A DNA stretch of 64,000 nucleotides from Thermodesulfovibrionales bacterium (GTDB lineage: Bacteria > Nitrospirota > Thermodesulfovibrionia > Thermodesulfovibrionales > UBA9159), in contig DASRZP010000063.1 in assembly GCA_035686305.1 (NCBI GenBank), forward strand, positions 4,396 to 68,395. The letters run 5' to 3'. Position 1 is the first letter of the stretch, and each line of letters starts with the position of its first letter. The translations under genes and the position numbers were made by a program. Of the stretch, positions 54,200-63,109 are shown piece by piece. The notes under the pieces are model-generated. The model was not told the origin of the DNA, made no database searches, and saw only the letters and a list, made by a program, of their open reading frames with translations.

Positions 54200-54238
54200 T
54201 TAACCATAATGTAACGCCAATTTCATCATACTGACATG
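54200..54238 (+). promoter_or_regulatory. Pho-box-like array: 4 half-sites at 11-bp phasing
   Basis: TTAACC (54200), GTAACG (54211), TTCATC (54222), GACATG (54233). A candidate -10 TATGAT lies at 54248. Upstream of the PHP gene. Confidence 0.6.
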
Positions 54239-54291
54239 TTTACTGCCTATGATATAAGCCATGATGATTATCTATCGAACCAAGCAGATCC

Positions 54292-54984
54292 ATGCTGCTG
54301 TGTGATTTCCATATTCATACAACCTATTCTGACGGCTCAGTGGAGCTGAGGAGGACAGTCGATCTTTTCGGACAGGCAGGCTTTGATGTCATAGCGATAA
54401 CAGACCATGTCGTTAATGGCGACAACCCGCTCGGCAAACTCGCCCACCGGTTTCGGCTTTCCGTAACAGCCGCCAACTTCGAAGAATATATCGAAGACAT
54501 AAAAGAGGAAGCTGAAAGAGCCCAGGCCAAATACGGCATGCTCGTCATTCCCGGAATTGAGATAACCAAGAACCATCGTACCACAGATACTTCAGCCCAC
54601 ATCTTGATCATTGACGTCCAGGACTTTATTCCCGCCTGCATGAGTTATGAAGAGATATTTCTCGAGGCGAAAAGGCAGAAGGCCCTGACGATAGCCTGCC
54701 ATCCGCACTACATGTCGGCGATGACTGACAGGGATACCCTCTTTCTCTGGAACAACAGGGAACGGTATGCGCGCTACATCGACGCCTGGGAGATCGCCAA
54801 CCGCGATGATGTGTTTAACGTTATTAGCCTGAAGAAGTATCCCTATGTTGCGAACAGCGACTTCCACAAGCCGAGGCACCTCTATTCGTGGAAGACACTG
54901 CTCAACTGCGAGAAGGATACCGCTTCCATCAAGGAATGTATAAAACACAACAAGGGTGTCGCACTCACACTCTTCAGGAATTAG
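54292..54984 (+). CDS. PHP-domain metal-dependent phosphoesterase
   Basis: LLCDFHIHTTYSDGS (PHP motif I), AITDHV, ILIIDV, IACHPH. Confidence 0.75.
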   Translation: MLLCDFHIHTTYSDGSVELRRTVDLFGQAGFDVIAITDHVVNGDNPLGKLAHRFRLSVTAANFEEYIEDIKEEAERAQAKYGMLVIPGIEITKNHRTTDTSAHILIIDVQDFIPACMSYEEIFLEAKRQKALTIACHPHYMSAMTDRDTLFLWNNRERYARYIDAWEIANRDDVFNVISLKKYPYVANSDFHKPRHLYSWKTLLNCEKDTASIKECIKHNKGVALTLFRN

Positions 54985-54987
54985 GAG

Positions 54988-56214
54988 GTGATGATGCTAC
55001 TATTCTGGACATTTGCGTGCCTGACGCTCTTCGGGATAATCGGATATCTGTTTCAAATGGCCGCTGTTCGGTCATATGTCTTCCCCCCCGACTCAGGGGA
55101 AAGCGCAGGCTTTCCCCGATCTTATCCTCCTGTCTCAATCCTCAAACCTCTCAAGGGTCTTGATGACGGGCTTTTTGACAACCTCGAAAGCTTCTGCAAT
55201 CTTGATTATCCCCGCTATGAGATCATCTTTGCCCTTCAGAACCGGAATGATCCTGCCCACAAGGTCGTACAGAAGATAAGGGAAAAATACCCGTCCTGCG
55301 ACATATCGATCGTTGTGGAATTTTGCGATGCCGGACTTAACCCCAAAGTCAACAACCTAATCCCCGCTTATAAACGGGCGAGACACGACCTCATACTCAT
55401 CAGCGACAGCAATGTGCGTGTCGAGAAGGATTATCTGAAGGATACGGTGAGGCATATGGCCGACCCGTCGGTGGGGCTGGTCAGCAATATTATCAGGGGC
55501 GTCAGGGGCCGTTCCCTCGGCGCGGTCTTTGAGAACCTCCACCTGAATTCCTTCGTCGTCGGCAACGTCTGCCTCCTGGACCGGTATCTCGGCATGCCAT
55601 GTGTGGTAGGCAAATCCATGCTCATGAGAAAGGATGATCTCGAATCCATCGGCGGATTGTATACGGTGAAGGACCTCCTTGCTGAAGACTATATCATGGG
55701 TGAGCGGATACATGCTCTCGGCAAACGAGTCGTTCTCTCCGGTCACGTCATCAACAACGTGAATGAGGACTGGGGCATCGGAAAGTTTCTGGGGAGGCAC
55801 ATCCGGTGGGGCAAACTGAGATGGAAGATCGGGGGCGCCAAGTACTTCTTTGAACTTGTCAGCAACACGATCGTGGTGGCGTGCTTACCCCTCATATTTT
55901 CCCCGGTCACAACTGGGGCGCTCCTCCTGGCAGGTTTCACAGGAGTGGTGAAGATTGCCCGTGATTTCTACCTGGGCAGGAAGATCGGGGCGGATATGAA
56001 ACCTTTCCTCTATCTGCTCGCTCCCGCCAAAGACCTCTTCATCGGAATCATCTGGATCTTTCCTATCCTGAGCAATACCGTAACGTGGAGGGGGAACCGC
56101 TACCAGATCGGGAAGAACTCGATGCTCTATCCCTGTCCCGAGACGGGGCTCAAGGTCTGGAAGCCAAGGATTATGACCGTGATAAAGACACGACTGGCGT
56201 TGTCAAAGTTCTAA
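54988..56214 (+). CDS. GT21-like membrane glycosyltransferase (ceramide-glucosyltransferase / processive lipid GT / HpnI-like)
   Basis: PPVSILKPLKGLDDGLFDNLESFCNLDYPRYEIIFAL, GLNPKVNNLIPAY, LILISDSNVRV, GKSMLMRKDDLESIGG, RHIRWGKLRW, and several TM segments. The GTG start is 4 nt after the PHP gene and has SD TAGGAGG. Confidence 0.7.
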   Translation: MMMLLFWTFACLTLFGIIGYLFQMAAVRSYVFPPDSGESAGFPRSYPPVSILKPLKGLDDGLFDNLESFCNLDYPRYEIIFALQNRNDPAHKVVQKIREKYPSCDISIVVEFCDAGLNPKVNNLIPAYKRARHDLILISDSNVRVEKDYLKDTVRHMADPSVGLVSNIIRGVRGRSLGAVFENLHLNSFVVGNVCLLDRYLGMPCVVGKSMLMRKDDLESIGGLYTVKDLLAEDYIMGERIHALGKRVVLSGHVINNVNEDWGIGKFLGRHIRWGKLRWKIGGAKYFFELVSNTIVVACLPLIFSPVTTGALLLAGFTGVVKIARDFYLGRKIGADMKPFLYLLAPAKDLFIGIIWIFPILSNTVTWRGNRYQIGKNSMLYPCPETGLKVWKPRIMTVIKTRLALSKF

Positions 56215-56228
56215 GGAAGGAGGCCTCC

Positions 56229-56429
56229 ATGACGCAACACTATGCGATATCTTACCGTGACCTGGGCGAGGAACATGCTTGCCCGTTCAGCGACAAGGAG
56301 ACCAATATCTGTTCAGCGTCCCTTTCATCCATGATCATCGGCAGGCACAAGGACCAGATCTACTGTTCCAGCGACAATTATGACAACTGCCCGATGTTCC
56401 TCTCAAAGATTCTGAGAAAGAGGGGCTGA
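56229..56429 (+). CDS. small four-cysteine protein (66 aa), paralogue 1
   Basis: ATG 56229 is preceded by AAGGAAGGAGG. Sequence: MTQHYAISYRDLGEEHACPFSDKETNICSASLSSMIIGRHKDQIYCSSDNYDNCPMFLSKILRKRG. Cys pattern CP-x9-C-x17-C-x7-C. It is hidden inside the longer track ORF 56085..56429. Confidence 0.5.
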   Translation: MTQHYAISYRDLGEEHACPFSDKETNICSASLSSMIIGRHKDQIYCSSDNYDNCPMFLSKILRKRG

Positions 56430-56512
56430 TCTTGCCGGTTACAGAATCTTAACCGTTTTGTAATGTATTTTTAACAAAAGATTCTTTATTATAGTTCCCG
56501 AAGGAGGTAACG

Positions 56513-56716
56513 ATGACAACGCTCGGATTTGTCTTCTGCCCGAATCTCAGGGGCAGCATGGAAGGGATAAAATGTGGTATTACGAATAACCTCATCAGGG
56601 ACATGGACGACGTTTCACCCAAGCTCTGTATGAGCAGGAGGCACGAAGCATGTGCCATATATATGCAGTCCCTGCAGCTTATGATTGAATGCGGTTCATA
56701 TACCAACTGCGCGTAG
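56513..56716 (+). CDS. small four-cysteine protein (67 aa), paralogue 2
   Basis: The ATG is preceded by GAAGGAGGT. ...FCPNLRGSMEGIKCGITNNLIRDMDDVSPKLCMSRRHEACAIY... Cys pattern CP-x11-C-x17-C-x7-C. Confidence 0.5.
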   Translation: MTTLGFVFCPNLRGSMEGIKCGITNNLIRDMDDVSPKLCMSRRHEACAIYMQSLQLMIECGSYTNCA

Positions 56717-56980
56717 GGTCATGTGAAGATATGTGCCTTTTCCTCGAGTCGTAACGATATTCATACCGTGCCAGCATACGCATGGCGGCAGATGACACCC
56801 TTGCTCTTGTGGTTTGCCCGGCATTGATTTCCGCACGAAGAGATCGTTTTACGGATGTCGTTGTCAAGATTATCGCATTCTTAATTTATCTGCCTTCTGT
56901 CGCTTCTCTCTGTTTCCCCGCCGCTATAAAGAAAGCATGTTCCTGCTTCCACAAAGGTTCATACGAAAGGGAGGTTCCGT

Positions 56981-58345
56981 ATGCAGCAAGCAGAATGCCT
57001 CAGGCCTCTTTGCTCTGACGGAGGTTCACCCGACGTGCCGGTTCCGGACCAGACCGTTGAAAAACGGCTGAAGAAGAAGATATTCGTCCTGGACACGAAC
57101 GTACTGATCCATGATCCAAGCTCCCTCTTCAGGTTCGGCACCCATGATGTGGTGATACCGTTTGTTGTTTTAGAGGAGCTCGACAGGCTCAAGAAAGGGC
57201 ACGGAGAGAAAGCGGTATCGGCGCGGAGCGCGCTCAGGATCATTGACCGTTTAACGGAGAAGGGCCCGTTGATGAAGGGCATCGCGATGGAAACAGGCGG
57301 TCTCCTTTCCATCGGCATCACGTTAAGCAGCGTCCCCACTGCCTTCATGGACGGCGTCACCGAGGATAACGCGATCATAAAGACGGCCCTCGGCGTCGTG
57401 GAACAGCAGCAGACCGACGGACGAGGAAATATGGTACCCGTCACCTTGGTCTCCAAAGACACGACGGTGAGAATAAAGGCCGAGGCATGTGGTCTCCACG
57501 CGGAAGACTACGAGAGCGATAAAACGACCATCTTCCAGAAGTATGGACGGGTGCTGGAAGAATCCGATTACACGAACGGCATTCATTCCATACGGTACGT
57601 GAAGTCAGGGGAAGAGGTCTTCAGGCTGCAGGGCTGCAGCGCCCACACAAAGATCAAGAACGGAAAATCTCTGGAAGGCATTGCACCAAAAAATATCGAG
57701 CAACGATGCGCGATCGATGCGTTAATAAACCCTGACATCGAGGTCGTTGCCCTTACCGGCTCTGCGGGAACGGGGAAGACCCTTCTCGCCCTTGCCGCGG
57801 GGATACACCAGACCACAAAGAAATCACCCTTGTATGAGCAGGTCGTGGTGGCGCGACCGGTTGTCCCCATGGGCAATGATATCGGGTATCTGCCGGGGGA
57901 CGTGAACGAAAAGCTGACACCCTGGATGCAGCCGATCTTTGACAGCCTGGAGGTGATCGTCAACACGCCGAAAGGGCATATCAAGGATGATCGATCAACA
58001 GCACAATACCGGAGCTTTCAGTACCTCATCGATGCGGGTGTGCTTCAGATCGAGGCATTGACCTATATCCGCGGACGGAGCCTTCCCCAGCGGTATTTCA
58101 TCGTGGATGAAGCTCAGAATCTGAGGCCCGTCGATGTCAAGACGATCATTACCCGGTGCGGAGAAGGCACGAAGATCGTCTTTACCGGTGACCTGAACCA
58201 GATCGATACGCCCTATCTGGACGCAAAGAGCAACGGCCTTGCTTACCTCATCAGCCGCTTCATTGATGAGGAGAATTTCTGTTATCTGAACCTTCACTCC
58301 AGCGTCAGATCGAGGCTTGCAGAACAGGGCGCACGACTGCTGTAA
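56981..58345 (+). CDS. PIN-domain + PhoH-like ATPase (YlaK type)
   Basis: PIN: KIFVLDTNVLIHDPSSLFRFGTHDVVIPFVVLEELD. PhoH: ALTGSAGTGKTLLALAAG, FIVDEAQNL, TGDLNQID. SD GGGAGG. Confidence 0.85.
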   Translation: MQQAECLRPLCSDGGSPDVPVPDQTVEKRLKKKIFVLDTNVLIHDPSSLFRFGTHDVVIPFVVLEELDRLKKGHGEKAVSARSALRIIDRLTEKGPLMKGIAMETGGLLSIGITLSSVPTAFMDGVTEDNAIIKTALGVVEQQQTDGRGNMVPVTLVSKDTTVRIKAEACGLHAEDYESDKTTIFQKYGRVLEESDYTNGIHSIRYVKSGEEVFRLQGCSAHTKIKNGKSLEGIAPKNIEQRCAIDALINPDIEVVALTGSAGTGKTLLALAAGIHQTTKKSPLYEQVVVARPVVPMGNDIGYLPGDVNEKLTPWMQPIFDSLEVIVNTPKGHIKDDRSTAQYRSFQYLIDAGVLQIEALTYIRGRSLPQRYFIVDEAQNLRPVDVKTIITRCGEGTKIVFTGDLNQIDTPYLDAKSNGLAYLISRFIDEENFCYLNLHSSVRSRLAEQGARLL

Positions 58346-58352
58346 GGGGACG

Positions 58353-58370
58353 TAAGGCATGCCTTACGGT
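58353..58370. terminator. perfect 18-bp palindrome just after the PhoH-like gene
   Basis: CGTAAGGCATGCCTTACG begins 8 nt after the stop. There is no U-tract, so a terminator role is tentative. Confidence 0.35.
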
Positions 58371-58719
58371 CTCGTGTCGACAAAGAGAGATTTGACCTTA
58401 GGTTCATAGTCATACAACAGTTTGTTGTTATCAATTTGCTGCTGTTACGTCCTCCCGCGTACTCGAATTCGAAGTACTCCTGCTGAGAATCGTGAGAAAA
58501 TGATATATAATAACGGAAGGAAATTGAACCTCCGGCGTTGATGCGCTGCGTCTATTTCCCTACTTGCTCATGCTGGGGCGAGCGATGAGGTGATAGAGGA
58601 AACAACGGAAATTAGAGCGGCAAAAGGAATCATCGTTGATTCACCGGGAAATGAATCGGAAGAATAGACCCACGGACGGCTTTCCATGAAAACCGGTCGG
58701 CGGAAGAGAGGAGGAGAGA

Positions 58720-59109
58720 ATGAATTTCTGGGAAAAGGTAAAGAAAGATCTGCAGAAGGGACTGGAGGAAGGTATCACCTATGTCGTGGAGGGCGCCTCT
58801 ATCGTGAAGAAGAAGGCAGAGGAGCTTACTGAAGAAGGGAAAAGGCGGTACAGGCTCTATGAGCTGAAGACAAAAGTGCAGCAGGAGATCGCCGAACTTG
58901 GAGGAAAAGTGTATGAGTTGAGCGGGAAGGTCAGGAACCCCATGCTCGACAGCAAGGTGAAGGCAATAAAGGCGAGAATCAAGAAACTGGAACTGGAGAT
59001 AATAAAGCTCGAAGGCATTCCAAAAAGCACAGTGAGAAAAACAACCTCCCGAGCGTCAACTGCGAGAACAACCACAAAGCGGAAGGCATCTGGGGTCAAG
59101 ACCGTTTAG
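58720..59109 (+). CDS. coiled-coil hypothetical protein with basic S/T-rich tail
   Basis: 129 aa with SD GAGGAGGAG. Heptad-like charged sequence (KKKAEELTEEGKRRYRLYELKTKVQQEIAELGGKVYEL...IKKLELEIIKLEG). No family recognised. Confidence 0.5.
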   Translation: MNFWEKVKKDLQKGLEEGITYVVEGASIVKKKAEELTEEGKRRYRLYELKTKVQQEIAELGGKVYELSGKVRNPMLDSKVKAIKARIKKLELEIIKLEGIPKSTVRKTTSRASTARTTTKRKASGVKTV

Positions 59110-59264
59110 AAGAACAGAGAGCTCCGGCCTGTGACTCAGGAGATGGCCACATGCTTAGGCAAATAATGAAAGAAACCGATGTCGGCTGCCGATTCTCATG
59201 GTAAACTTAGTTCGGGGATCTTCAAAACCAAGCCGAAGTGAGAGGGTGGAAAGGGCGAGGAGTT

Positions 59265-59495
59265 ATGGCGACTGCATATCAGTACGAAAATGATGCGGAA
59301 CGGAACAAACATTGTGAAGCCATCCGGAGACTCGCAGAGAAGCTGGGCGTACCTGAAGAGCAGATAAGGATGCTCTACGAGGAAAACCTCCTCAGTATTA
59401 AGCAAGGGGCGAGAATAAAAGACTATCTCGTCATTCTCGTGAGCCGCCACGTGAGAGATTCGATAGGGAGGGGCTCGTTTCAGAAGATGTCGTAA
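59265..59495 (+). CDS. small protein, DUF3562-like (tentative)
   Basis: ATG 59265 with SD GAGGAG. ...AIRRLAEKLGVPEEQIRMLYEENLLSIKQGARIKDYLVILVSRHVRD resembles my memory of the DUF3562 pattern (ARI.DFL.VL..R.VR). Confidence 0.4.
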   Translation: MATAYQYENDAERNKHCEAIRRLAEKLGVPEEQIRMLYEENLLSIKQGARIKDYLVILVSRHVRDSIGRGSFQKMS

Positions 59496-59640
59496 GAGCT
59501 GAGATGCAATAAGAAACGAGCTGCTGCTCATCGCCTCAAAGGACTCAAGGGATTGGAGGGTGATCATTGATTACCCTTCCAGCCCCGGGATCGTTCCTTG
59601 GCCACATTCTTCTTGCTTTCCCGCACGTTACAATCACAAT

Positions 59641-59679
59641 TTAACGATTCTTTCATAGAACTGACATATTTCTGTAACA
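59641..59679 (+). promoter_or_regulatory. Pho-box-like array: 4 half-sites at 11-bp phasing
   Basis: TTAACG (59641), TTCATA (59652), GACATA (59663), GTAACA (59674), followed by TATGAT (59681). Upstream of the porin gene. Confidence 0.6.
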
Positions 59680-59763
59680 ATATGATGCTAAGCTGATAGC
59701 ATCGTATTGGACCCATTACAGGAACAGTTTATAAAGCACCTACCTTGCCAAAGGAGGTTCTGG

Positions 59764-61116
59764 ATGAAAAGAAGATGGTCCGCTTTTATCCTTGGGTTAT
59801 GTTGCCTTCTCCTGTCAGCGGGGGTATCAGAGTCTGCAAGCATCACGAATCCTATTCTGAAGAAGCTTGTGGAAAAAGGTATTCTCTCCGAGCAAGAGGC
59901 TCTTGAAGTAATGCAGGATATGGAAAAAGAGATACGGGAGAAGGACAAAGCAACAGAAGTCAAGATTGAAGAGAAGGTTGCCGAGAAGGTCAGTGAGACA
60001 GCGCCTGCGGAAAAGAACGAGGAGATCGATAAAATTGTGAAAGCCTTCAAAGGTCTTAAGTTCAGCGGCCTCTGGTACCTCTCTTATGGTTATGGAAAGA
60101 CAGGAGGCATACCAAGCGGTGCGCAATTCAACAATTTTAATGTAAAACGAGGGTATTTCACCTTAGAAAAGGAGCTCTTTCCATGGTTGTCAGGCCGGAT
60201 GACAACTGATGTGACGACGGTGAATCTGAAGACACAGAATCTTGGACCTGGTGAGAATGTCTCTCTCAACGTCAACGGCTCCCTGGCGGTAAGAATAAAG
60301 TACCTTTATGCTCTCGTTACCCCTCCGGATTTGGCATTTCTCACCAAACCGGGCGCTGAAGTCGGCATTGTGCACACGCCGTGGCTTGATTTTGAAGAGC
60401 ACATAAATTATTACCGTTTGCAGGACACGATGTTTATCGAAAGAAACGGCATCATGAGTTCAGCGGATTACGGCGTAACCTTTGCCGCGCTCTTAGGTGG
60501 GCTCATGGATGAGAGTTATCGTAAAAATGTCAATCCCTCATATCCTGGCAGCTACGGGAGCATTCAGGCAGGAATTTATAATGGCGGAGGATACACGACG
60601 ACCGAGCAGAACAGGAATAAGGTGCTCGAGGGACGGATAACCGTCAGGCCTCTACCCGACATTATCCCGGGACTTCAGCTCTCGTATTTTGGGGTGACGG
60701 GCAAGGGCAACGTTGCCGCGCACCCCAATTGGACCGCAAATCTTGCATTCGGCAGTTTTGAGCACGAATACTTTGTCGTGACAGGGCAGTACTTCTGGGG
60801 GGATGGGAACGCCCAGGGATCGGATCAATTCCAGAAGAGAGGTTATTCCCTGTTTACGGAACTGAAGCCTTTTATTGAATTGAAGTTCCCGCTTGAGAGA
60901 TTCACTCTCATTGGTCGCTTCGACCACTTTAATCCCAATAAGAATGTGAGCGATGCCTTGTCAGGGGAAAACAACAGGTATATTGTAGGTATAGCTTACA
61001 GTATAGACAGACTGCATAATAACATGGTCCTCCTCGATTACGATAATGTAGAATACAAGCAACCGGGAAAGACACGTGATGAGAGAATACAGCTGACGTT
61101 GCAGGTGGCTTTTTAG
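59764..61116 (+). CDS. outer-membrane beta-barrel porin, phosphate-selective (OprO/P)-like
   Basis: Signal peptide MKRRWSAFILGLCCLLLSAGVSESA. N-terminal helical/charged segment (ILKKLVEKGILSEQEALEVM...). Alternating beta-strand pattern and a C-terminal ...IQLTLQVAF (terminal Phe). SD AAGGAGG. The family call is by eye. Confidence 0.65.
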   Translation: MKRRWSAFILGLCCLLLSAGVSESASITNPILKKLVEKGILSEQEALEVMQDMEKEIREKDKATEVKIEEKVAEKVSETAPAEKNEEIDKIVKAFKGLKFSGLWYLSYGYGKTGGIPSGAQFNNFNVKRGYFTLEKELFPWLSGRMTTDVTTVNLKTQNLGPGENVSLNVNGSLAVRIKYLYALVTPPDLAFLTKPGAEVGIVHTPWLDFEEHINYYRLQDTMFIERNGIMSSADYGVTFAALLGGLMDESYRKNVNPSYPGSYGSIQAGIYNGGGYTTTEQNRNKVLEGRITVRPLPDIIPGLQLSYFGVTGKGNVAAHPNWTANLAFGSFEHEYFVVTGQYFWGDGNAQGSDQFQKRGYSLFTELKPFIELKFPLERFTLIGRFDHFNPNKNVSDALSGENNRYIVGIAYSIDRLHNNMVLLDYDNVEYKQPGKTRDERIQLTLQVAF

Positions 61117-61238
61117 TCTGCTTTGGTGCTTGCGGCAGTTGTCGCCCTTTCCGGCCGACATGGACGGGATCCTCTACCGCGGGAAATGGAACGACCTGAC
61201 CTGATATATGCGCGGCTGCTAAAGCATGGCGAAGAAAT

Positions 61239-61277
61239 GTTACAAAAATTTAACATTCCCTTCATGTAGCCGTAACA
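61239..61277 (+). promoter_or_regulatory. Pho-box-like array: 4 half-sites at 11-bp phasing
   Basis: GTTACA (61239), TTAACA (61250), TTCATG (61261), GTAACA (61272), then TATAAT at 61287..61292. Confidence 0.6.
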
Positions 61278-61303
61278 ATAGGGCGTTATAATTAATATTA
61301 GAT

Positions 61304-61603
61304 ATGCTGGCAAGCATAGCAATGGATCAAGTGACAGAAATACGATGCCCCTCCTGCGAGGGTGATGCAGTGTACCGTTACGGCAGGATAAAGACCGGTG
61401 CCCAGCGGTTCATCTGCCTCGTTTGTGGCATGCAGTTTACCCCCGGGGCAAAGAAGGCGTTGCTCAAGGGTAAGCCGCTCTGTCCGGAGTGTGGCAAGAC
61501 AATGAATGTCTATAAGCTTGAGGGACTGGTCATACGTTTCAGATGCTCGGGCTATCCTGTTTGCAAGACGTTCAGAAAATACACCATGAAGGAGGAAGAA
61601 TGA
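61304..61603 (+). CDS. double zinc-ribbon protein
   Basis: CPSCEG...CLVCG and CPECG...FRCSGYPVCKT: two CxxC pairs per ribbon, the second resembling a topoisomerase-type C4 finger. The start is close to the -10 element, so the transcript may be nearly leaderless; ATG 61322 is the alternative. Confidence 0.55.
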   Translation: MLASIAMDQVTEIRCPSCEGDAVYRYGRIKTGAQRFICLVCGMQFTPGAKKALLKGKPLCPECGKTMNVYKLEGLVIRFRCSGYPVCKTFRKYTMKEEE

Positions 61604-61971
61604 GCTATTACCTGCATAATGTCCCCGGTCGACTCAGAGTAAAGAGCCCCCTCTTAAAGAGAAACAGTGATGCGGGAGAGGAACTGAAAAAGGCGCTGAG
61701 TACGATTCAGGGCATCGCAACCGTTGACTTTAACCCCGTGACAGGAAGTCTCCTGGTCAACTATAACCATAGGACAACGAAGCAAGAGGACATCATCTCT
61801 CTGCTTGAGCGCAAGGGGTATTTCGACCGGGGGAGGGCGACGACGAATGAAGACTATATTCATGTCGCAGCCGAAAAGACCGGACGCCTCGTCGGCAAGG
61901 CAGTGCTTGGAATAGCGATCGACAAGGCCCTTGAAGGTACCGCGTTGTCACTCATCGGATTGCTGATTTAG
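61600..61971 (+). CDS. HMA-like (GRLRV-type) metal-associated domain protein with C-terminal hydrophobic helix
   Basis: MSYYLHNVPGRLRVKSPLLKRNSDAGEELKKALSTIQGIATVDFNPVTGSLLVNY. ATGA overlap with the upstream gene. Confidence 0.5.
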   Translation: MSYYLHNVPGRLRVKSPLLKRNSDAGEELKKALSTIQGIATVDFNPVTGSLLVNYNHRTTKQEDIISLLERKGYFDRGRATTNEDYIHVAAEKTGRLVGKAVLGIAIDKALEGTALSLIGLLI

Positions 61972-62233
61972 TTTTTGAACGGAGGATTTCGAGGTCCTTT
62001 CTGATCTCATCGCCTAAGTATTTTCCCTTTTCTGCCAGTAGTTTTCTTTTATCGATCATTCTTTCGACTCTTTCTCGGCTCCAGGAGGTCCCTTCCCTTC
62101 GTGGCGGGCAGTTAAACACCTTCAGACGTACCATGGCTGCTTTGAATTTCAGGGCTCTTTCCTCGGAGCAGCCGCAGAGGCAGGTAATGATCGAATCATT
62201 GGACAAGGCATGTACAGCGTATTAAAGTAGGCC

Positions 62234-63076
62234 ATGGATACTCAACCGCAAAAAATTGTTCTCTCCCTGACGATCGCGTACTTCTTTATCGAGCTCAGCG
62301 GTGGACTCTATTACCGGAGCCTCGCCCTCGTCACGGACGCATCTTTTATGGCCATCAATGTCGTGGGCCAGGCGCTCGCCTTGTTAGCGGGCAAGCTCTC
62401 CGAGAGGCTGCCGGACAGAGACAACACCTTCGGATATGAGAGGGCAAAGGTCCTGTCGGGGCTTTTCAACGGGATACTCGTGGGATTCCTCATTTTCTAT
62501 GTTCTCATAGAAGCATACAAGAAGATCATGCACCCCGAGCCCATTGCCGCAGACAAGGTACTGATAATAGCCATTCTCGGCCTCGCGGTGAATGCATATG
62601 GATTATTCAGGTTCAAAGAGCATGCGAACCTCATGCATATCAAGGGCGCGAGGCTTCTTGTTCTCAACGACACCTTGGGATCAGTGGGTGTTATAACCTC
62701 GTCCGTTCTTATCCATTTTACCGGTCTCTACCTCCTCGATCCCCTTGCCGGGGTTCTCATCAGCCTCCTCGTGGGATATCCAACCTACTACCTGATAAAA
62801 GACAGCCTGCGTATCCTAATGGAGGGTAACCCCTCCTCCTTCACCGGAGAGGACATAGAGAAGTTCATCTACAGGAACTTTCAGAACGTCAAACGTGTGA
62901 AGGATCTCCATATATGGGGGTTATCTACGGAGAGGATCATCTGTGTCGCAAGGGTCAGGACCGCCGGACCGATAGACCACAGGGACACGGTGAGAAGCAT
63001 GAAGCATCGTCTCATGAAGCATTTTGGATTCTCCGATGTCTTTGTTGAGGAATATGAAGCAGGAGATGAGAAGTGA
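62234..63076 (+). CDS. cation diffusion facilitator (CDF) metal efflux transporter
   Basis: Six TM segments. ALVTDASFMAINVVGQALAL and LNDTLGSVGVI (the D/H sites of TM2/TM5), plus a C-terminal cytoplasmic domain ...VKDLHIWGLS. Confidence 0.8.
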   Translation: MDTQPQKIVLSLTIAYFFIELSGGLYYRSLALVTDASFMAINVVGQALALLAGKLSERLPDRDNTFGYERAKVLSGLFNGILVGFLIFYVLIEAYKKIMHPEPIAADKVLIIAILGLAVNAYGLFRFKEHANLMHIKGARLLVLNDTLGSVGVITSSVLIHFTGLYLLDPLAGVLISLLVGYPTYYLIKDSLRILMEGNPSSFTGEDIEKFIYRNFQNVKRVKDLHIWGLSTERIICVARVRTAGPIDHRDTVRSMKHRLMKHFGFSDVFVEEYEAGDEK

Positions 63077-63109
63077 TCATGCGTCTGGCAGTGGCCGTAG
63101 AGGTCTTTG

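Noticed and set aside
61952-62206. 84-aa minus-strand ORF between the HMA-like and CDF genes.
   Set aside because: It has a TTG start with no SD, overlaps the 3' end of the HMA-like gene, and belongs to no recognisable family. It is kept only as a low-probability candidate.
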